DNA of 63,384 nt, counting the filler, from Licmophora abbreviata (taxonomy: Eukaryota), in the NCBI GenBank assembly GCA_900291995.1. It is 10 parts of 10 records of this genome, joined end to end, with 100 filler letters (N's around TTAATTAATTAA, not from the genome) between each part and the next. Parts side by side here need not be neighbours in the genome. Positions count along the whole stretch, not along the records: positions 47,130 to 57,752 come from OLMU01002668.1; positions 57,853 to 59,172 come from OLMU01002669.1; positions 59,273 to 63,384 come from OLMU01002670.1; 7 more parts are not named here. One strand, written 5' to 3'. A program made the translations under genes and the position numbers. Shown in pieces: positions 56,201 to 63,384 of this stretch; the first letter of the stretch is position 1; each line of letters opens with the position of its first letter. The notes under the pieces are model-generated. The model ran no database searches. It worked only from the letters and a program-made list of their open reading frames with translations, and was not told the origin of the DNA.

Positions 56201-59200
56201 AGCGCATCCAAGAACTCGCCACTATCTACGTGAAGCTCCGCGAGTGCAAGCAGCGATGATGCTACTTCGAGATTGTCCTCGCCAAGGCACTCTAATCTGT
56301 GTTTGAGAACTTCTTGATGCAAACGCCTTGATCGTTTGGAGGATCCTGTGGCCCTTAGGGCTTTTGCTAGTCCGTGTTTGATCACGAAAGGCAGCATGCC
56401 GTGGTTGGACTGACATCTCTCTAGAGCGTCACAAAATAATTGAATAGCCGCTGGAAAGTCGCTTTCATGGGAAGCCTTCTCGCCAAGGGAAAAGAGGATC
56501 GAGGCAAGGAGTGGGTTTGTAGAGCATCCACTTGCCCGTCCTATCCAGTCACGAGCTTGTACGAAAAAGCCACAAGCTCGATCATTCTCTCCTCTCTCTT
56601 CGATTAGAATACCAAGAGAGAAGAGACAGGCTGCAACTTCCTCATTTTCGACAACAGTCTGACATTGAAAAATGAGAAGGGCTACAAAGTGACAGTTCTG
56701 CTGAGCAAGCGCGGCTTAGGTTTCGAATGATCCAATACTGTGTCCTGGACTTACCCTCTTGATAGAAACGCTCGGCAGATGTAGGTTGATTTGTTGAGAC
56801 GAGCAGCTGGCCAAAGTTGTAGAGCGTGCGCGCTATTTCGACATGAGAATAGCCCAGAACTCTCGACTTTGTGAGAAGGGCCTCCGCGTAGAGAACTTTG
56901 GCGTCATCTGTGCGCCCATCGTCGAAAAGCATGCAGCAATATTGTTTCTTGAGTTTGCGGCACCCAGCTCGTCACAAATTTGCAATCGAAGTCGTAAGCT
57001 CTCCTGGTAGCACTTCAAGGCTTTTGACAGCTCGTCTCTGTGAGTGTGGATGTTCCCAAGAGTCGTGAGGACATTGCTCAACTCCTTCTGGTTCATTGCG
57101 TTCATGGACCGTCCAAGTTGCAAAACGCTACCCAGGGAATCAATGGCTTCGTCGTACTGCCCAAGTTTGTCATGCGCGATCCCCTTTTGAGCAAACATTG
57201 ACAACCACAAATGAGTAACCGACACACTTGCATAGAAAAATCGTTATGTTCACAAACCCTACCTTCTTCTCAAGTACCTCTCGAATGGCAAGCTCAAAAT
57301 CTTCTGGTCGTTGTCGGAACAGGGTAAGAGCGCGGCCGTACCATTCCACTGCTGTCTCAAAGTTACCCTGAAGATACTCGACATTTCCCAGGCAGGTCAT
57401 ATTTTCGGCTACCGCTATGTTTCCCATGCCGAGCGCTTCGACCGATATTCGGTGGCATTCACGATGACAATCGGCCGCACGCTGCATCTGTCCTGTCTCG
57501 GAATGGAGATTCCCTAGGTTGAATAAGACATCGGCAACGCTCAGGTGATTCGACCCATACATAATGCGCAGGGCATCAAGCACTTCATTGAAACTGCTCT
57601 CGGCCTTGTCAAGATAACCAAGGGTAGCCTCTAACCTTCCGATCCGATGCAGAAGGTCGATCTCCTCTTTAGTCGTTACCCCTTGACTCTTGTCCTCGCG
57701 TCGGACAACAAGTAGGGCTGAATAATAGCATTGAAGAAGCAGTTCGGTTTCANNNNNNNNNNNNNNNNNNNNNNNNNNNNNNNNNNNNNNNNNNNNTTAA
57801 TTAATTAANNNNNNNNNNNNNNNNNNNNNNNNNNNNNNNNNNNNNNNNNNNNTTCATGTTATTGAAATCCAGTTTTGGGGAGATATCTACCGCATCATAT
57901 TTACCACTGGCGGTTTTCTCGAAAGACTCGCGTGACTTTGCTTGAAGGATTTCGACAGCTCGACTGAGATGCACGTTTGCCTCGCTCCCTGAACCGTTCG
58001 TCCAAATTAACGACCGTGCAAGGCTCATGTGCAGAAGCGCCTCGTCTGTCGTGAACACTGAGTCGTCAACCAAAGAGTCGCGGAGGTTTAACCCATGACG
58101 TAGCGCTTGGATGCATGGATGATAGTCTTGACCATCAAAAAAGACGCGTCCCATATTAGCCAAGGCTTCAGCAGCTGCCAAGTTCTCTCGTCCATGATGG
58201 GACACGCAGTCCTGTAGACAGCGCGAGAAAACGTTCAAGGCCTCATCCAGCTTACCAATCTTGTAATAACAAGTTCCAAGTAGGTTTTGGAGTGAGAGGC
58301 TCTCAATACTCTCACCCTCAGATGATGCAAGACATTGATTCGTTCGATCCAACTGACCCGAAATAAAACTATCCAGCGCGTCAACAGGGTTCGACCGGGT
58401 GTTAGCGCCACTGCTGTGTGCATCATGGTTTAAAAGACACCCCTTCAAGCCTGATCGTATCAAGGAAAAACAGTTAGAATCGGTTGACATACAACCACGT
58501 ATCAAGAGAAATGACGTACTTTCGATTGCTTCAATGAAACTCCCACATTCAATCCGGCAGCAAGCGAGCCTCCGGTTGAGTCGCGTGAACAAAATTTGCA
58601 CATAAAGTCGCTCTTTCCCGCCTTCTTTCGATCTATGCCAGCCCTGATACTCTTGTGCAAGCGGTTTCAGCAACCTCAAACCCTCGGAAAATTTTGGCAC
58701 AGCTTTAACAAACTGTCGTTGGGTTTCAAACATCTCCCCCTGTGAAAGAAGAATTTTCGAGAGGAGCAGCAACAGCTGCCTATCATACTGGAGACTGTTG
58801 ACAATGCCTTCATCGAAGTGAGACTTTGCGATTCGAAGTGCTTCGTTCAAGTGTTGCATCGCCGCTTCAAAAGAGCTGTCGGGCTCAGAGACATCCCTAC
58901 TCGACCAAATAGCAACCGCAAGGGCGCGATGGGTCTTGGCTACGTCAACGTGATCGCCCATTATAGCCAACCGAATATCGAGACTCTGTTGGAACCTTCT
59001 CTCTGCTTCACAGACCATCTGAGATTTGGCTCCGCCTCGAAAGGAGATGACACCCAAGTTATAGAGAACTTCCGCTGATTCGGCACTGAGCCTATCGCCG
59101 TAGCGCCCTCTGAACGAGATGCATTCATGAAGATAGCACTTTGCCATCTCGTCGTCTTCATGTGCCAATGGGNNNNNNNNNNNNNNNNNNNNNNNNNNNN

Positions 59201-62200
59201 NNNNNNNNNNNNNNNNTTAATTAATTAANNNNNNNNNNNNNNNNNNNNNNNNNNNNNNNNNNNNNNNNNNNNCCAATGGGGGGCATAGATCAAACTCATC
59301 ATCGACCATCAGAAGAGTTGCAAGTCTTGCGCAAGTTTCCTCTTGCCCCCCTACATCGGTTTCAATGGACAAGATTTTGGAGATACTGAGCGACTCGCTG
59401 AACGCATGTATAGCCATCTTCCGTGGGTCCGAAAATTCCGGAAAACCTGCACCGCCTTCCATGAGGGATGTGTATATGCTTTGCTGTACACAGCCGATAT
59501 TGAACAAAATGCTTGCGATAATAGCATGGTGTGGCGTTCCGAGATTGGACTCCATGAGCTGCTTCGCCTCAAGGAAACTCTTCAATGCCGACTCGAATCT
59601 TCCAGATCGGGCTTGAACATTACCCATACGAACGAGCAAATCCTCTCTCGCTAAATGGAACTCAGACGTCTCCTCCGAAGCGATTGGGCCGCTTTCCGTC
59701 GTCGTGTACAGGAGCTCTTGATAACATTCCACGCAAGCTCTGTTATGAAACGTCTTTCCCATTAAGTCGAAATCCATCACTTCATCGAACTGCACATTCA
59801 GTTCCGATAAAGGATTGTAGCCTTCGAGAATGCTTGCAGCTGTCTCGAGTGAGGCTCGCCACTTATGTGCAAGAGAAGATTCTCGCTCTACACCCGAAAG
59901 GCATCTGTACGCTTCACCAGATGCCAAGATGACTTGGCCCAAGGTAATACCACCAAGACTGACCACTGACTTCGACTCGGGCACGCCAATCCGAGCGATT
60001 TTCTTTCCCATTGACGCATAGATCTGTGTTGCCCCCTCAAATAAGCGACGAGAACGTTCAAGTTTCAAATCTCCGCGGCATATTCTTCCTAGCGATGTCA
60101 TCACCGCTGCAATGGCGAAATTGGTTGAAATGTCTGCTCCGCGTCGAGTTGACACGGTTTCGAATGTGTTCAGAGCACTCCGGAGGTGTGTAGACGCAAG
60201 AGATCCCTTGTTGGCTTGAAGCAAAGCCGTCCCTATTGCCTGCTCACATCGGGCAACTTCCAAATCTATGTCGTCCGTTTCATGGAAACATTTGGCTTTC
60301 ATCTCGTTCAGTACCTTCAATGATGAATCAAAGCAGGAGAGAGCCCGTTCCGTTTCTGCCCTTCTCATACACACGATTCCTAAGAAAAACGACACTTTGT
60401 AGAAACGAAGACTGGATTCCGCGTCTTGATTGTTCTTGTCAAGCCCTGTGTCAAAGTGATCCCTTTCATTTTTTGCTGTTTGGTTCAAGAAGCGCATAGC
60501 TTCTTCCCAATCAGATGAGGAGTCCGAGTAGCGCCCTAGATGAAAGTGAAGTCTACCAAGTCGAATGAGATCTGAAACCAGGTCAAAATGAAAATCATGT
60601 TCTTTGATCAATGCACTAGCCCGGATCGAACTATCGGCGTTCGACAAAGGCTCAGACGGAGAGCTGTCATTCTCGAGCAATCGCTTGCGCATCTTTATCG
60701 CTTCTTTCGTAAATGACCTGCTTTTATGTTCCGTGTGAAAGCGTAATCGCCACAAAGAGTCAACGGATGCGTCGCACTTCTTTTCATCCGAAAAGAGCAG
60801 CCTTGCTTGACGTCGAATTAGCTTGCGACCCACATCGGATCCCCACAGGAAATAGGCATCCGCTATTTTCGATAACAGGTCACAAACGAGAGGGTGGATC
60901 TCTTGTTTTTCATTCTGCTGGGAAACGAAGTCGTCGTCATCCATATCGTAGAAATTGCGATCGATCTCAGTTGCTTGAAGGTGCTTTCTCATATTTTCAA
61001 GGGCCGACAGAAAAGTATCGACAGCTGCATCATAGTCGCTGAGCTCTACCAGACAAATGCCAAGCGACCGATGAACGAGAGAGACATCTTTGCCACTGAA
61101 TGAAATCGATGAAAGTGACGCAGCCTCAGTCGCGACTCCAATCGCAGATTCTGTATGACAGATGCCGACATTTTTCATAGCAGTCAACGTCTCCTCTAGA
61201 GCCTCGCGAGCGTCATTCCACCGTTGTTGCTCCATATAGATAATTGCGAGACTCTTGAGGGAATGAATGACGGCCAAGTGCTTCTTCTTGGCATGCCTTG
61301 AATACAGCAACAATGACTCCTGGTAAGCATCTAGCGCCCTAGATTTGTCGCTAAGTTTTTCCTCAAAGCAGTAGGCCAGAGTAGTGGCGGTATCGGCAAG
61401 GTAAAGCTCAATCGTGGAACATGCTACATGGATGTGTTCGACGCTGATCGCATGTCTGGGGGCTGAAGCCCGTCGAGCACTATCCTCGTCGGAATATGCT
61501 GCCGTGTCCCCGTTGATATTCGCTTCCACTAAGAAAAGCACCTTCAACGCTGCTCGATACGCACCCCGGGCGTTATTGTACGCGTTGATTTCTATCGTTG
61601 TTGAGTTGGAGTCGTACCCGGGGATCGGGCGCAGGTAGGAGAAGTTCGAGGACGGAACAGTCAGTATGTCAACTCTGCTTTGTTCGTGCCGACCAAGATT
61701 TGTTCCAAGCAAGTGAAAAGCCCTGCCAATCTCCAAGCACGCAGACGAGAGAAGAGCAAGCTCCGATTTCTTTTGGGAGGGCTTTTCAAAATCCGCTTCC
61801 CACTCAATAGAAGAAGATGTCTGCTCTGGTTTCACAAAGCCGGCCCCTCGCATCTTTCGCGCAAGAGCTGTCTCCAAACAACCTTCAAGGGACGAATGGA
61901 CGTCCAGGTAGTACTTCGACCATGGCCGTCCGGGTGTAGCATTCTGTAGCAGCGCCCCAAACAAGGATTCAAGCTCTTCGATATGAACCACCACTCCATT
62001 ATAAATTCCAAATGCTGACAATCTCTTGTGGATGAATTCAACATCATTGAACACAGCCAAGAGGTTTCGGTACATCTCCGTGCATGTTATGCAGCTGCCG
62101 AGAACAAGGGAACTTTGCTGCCAAGCGGCACGCAAGACAAAATTGGGCAAGAATCGCAAAATATAAATCATGCTGAGTGACATCTCACGGGCCCCTGCCG

Positions 62201-63384
62201 TACTCTGTAGGGCCGGCTTTGCTGGCTGCGAAGTATCCGACAAATACTCCGGCAGAATGTGATTTGCAAAAATTACACACCAAGACACCCGACGGGTTCC
62301 AGTAAGCAGCTGTTCCGAAGCGCGGCGTTGTCGGATATGCTCCTGCATTGATGGGTGAAGCATAATCTCCTCTTCCTCTAGCACATAACAGGTAGACTTG
62401 TCTTCTCCCGAATGGTCTTTCTTCTCTTCGTCGTGCATATCTCCGTACAGCAACTCTTCTAGTTCCTCTCTTTTCTGCTTGGTAAGCTCGACTTCCTTCT
62501 TGACGCGTTTTCCCACTAGAGGAGACTTTGATCCCGTGGAATGTTCGTCGGTGTCTCCTTCAGAACTACTTGGTTCCATCGAGTATCGATCAAATGAGCC
62601 TAGCTCTGGACTGACCAGCGCCTTCACAACAGCATCAACATCATTGTTGATATCCTTCTCTGGTGTCAATACTGTCGTCATGTGTTGTTGATGGCTAACA
62701 CTCCTTGGTGCGACAGAACTTGGCACTGTTGCATCTATCAACGATAATTGTGAACCGGCCCCGAGCCCCGCGGCTTTGTCTGCATGGAGAGAGAACGCCG
62801 ATGCGGACGACGATATCGAGTCGTTCAATCTCTGACTGGCGTCAGGAAGAAGAGGGTTAGGTTTCCCAGACCGCTCTGAGTCCTGTTCCAACAAAACGCA
62901 GCGAAATAGAATTCTTGCAATGTCTAACGGGACGTACGGACTCAGCTCGACGTCTGATGAAGATGAAGATAGATGGATGACGTCAATAGGTGGCGCATCT
63001 TCGTCTGCGCTTTTCATTTCACTTGGAGAACTCAAAAAATCAAAAGGAGAATCATGAAACACCTCCACATAGGCGTCTAGACAAGTGCGAAGTTTGCTCT
63101 GGAAGGCGGCAATTTTTTCAAGATTTCCGTCGAATTTATCAAAGGAAGCAATCAGCGTGGCAGTATCCAAATCTTCCGCATCCAACTCAGGCTCGTCACC
63201 GCCTTCATCCTGGAGATAATGGTTTCGGGCAGCAGTCCAAAGGCGATCCTGCCAATTGACCTTGCCGTCTGAGTTCGTAGTTCTATCATCGATACCGGCG
63301 CCACTCGCCATCGTCTGAGCGGATTCGTTGCCAGCAGCTCTATTGATATCCCCGCCCGGCTCCCCTGACCCTACCGATTCTGTC
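50283..63384 (-). CDS. Giant TPR protein (at least ~4,080 aa; kinesin-light-chain/nephrocystin-3-type 42-aa repeats), possible degenerate NB-ARC-associated domains; 5' end open
   Basis: Segments 63384/63311-59273, 59172-57853, 57752-57263, 57183-56755 (1-nt frameshift ~56933), 56681-53791, 53714-52617, 52544-51638, 51550-50952, 50852-50767, 50673-50283. All seven introns are GT-AG and frame-consistent. Repeats such as LGSSHTDVGTTLENVA, LGEDHVQAADVMIQLS, HGPDHVEVANTLYQLA. Confidence 0.85.
57753..57852. other. Artificial scaffold spacer inside TPR gene (direct abutment is in frame)
   Basis: AACATGAA + TGAAACC reads N-M-N-E-T-E-L-L. Confidence 0.95.
59173..59272. other. Artificial scaffold spacer inside TPR gene (flanks overlap by 8 bp)
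   Basis: CCAATGGG ends the left contig and starts the right contig; merging reads DLCPPLAHEDDE. Confidence 0.95.

Noticed and set aside
1087..59272. Nine identical palindromic TTAATTAATTAA motifs resembling a dispersed repeat, insertion target or array
   Set aside because: Always centred in 44+44 Ns; it is a six-frame-stop assembly spacer. ORFs ending in XXXX-LIN are artefacts of it.

Overview
This is gene-dense eukaryotic nuclear DNA with about 50% GC and short 70-125 nt GT-AG introns. Bipartite ASAFAP-like plastid presequences, an NTT carrier and 'PGAVRV'-type membrane proteins point to a diatom or close stramenopile (inference). The window is a scaffold of 10 contigs joined by nine artificial 100-nt spacers (44 N + TTAATTAATTAA + 44 N), several of which fall inside genes. 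About 22 genes were reconstructed by hand. Recognisable genes are DUF924, a TraB-domain protein, a PPR protein, a Got1-like protein, an RlmN-family radical SAM enzyme, midasin/MDN1 (about 5,600 aa), a nucleoredoxin-like thioredoxin, a mitochondrial carrier, a TLC/NTT nucleotide transporter, MAK16, PET100, an F-box protein and two tandem bestrophin-family genes. The rest are membrane or hypothetical proteins plus the two unusual genes below. The most interesting candidate is one giant TPR gene of at least 4,080 codons that the ORF track splits into eight pieces; its N-terminus looks like a degenerate NB-ARC winged-helix/APAF1-helical module (NLR-like). Other candidates are a FixL-like heme-PAS protein with no output domain and several re-targeted proteins: a lumen-targeted TraB, a signal-peptide Got1 and a tail-anchored RlmN. 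Five single-base frameshifts are most likely consensus errors. No RNA genes, CRISPR arrays or mobile elements were recognised.
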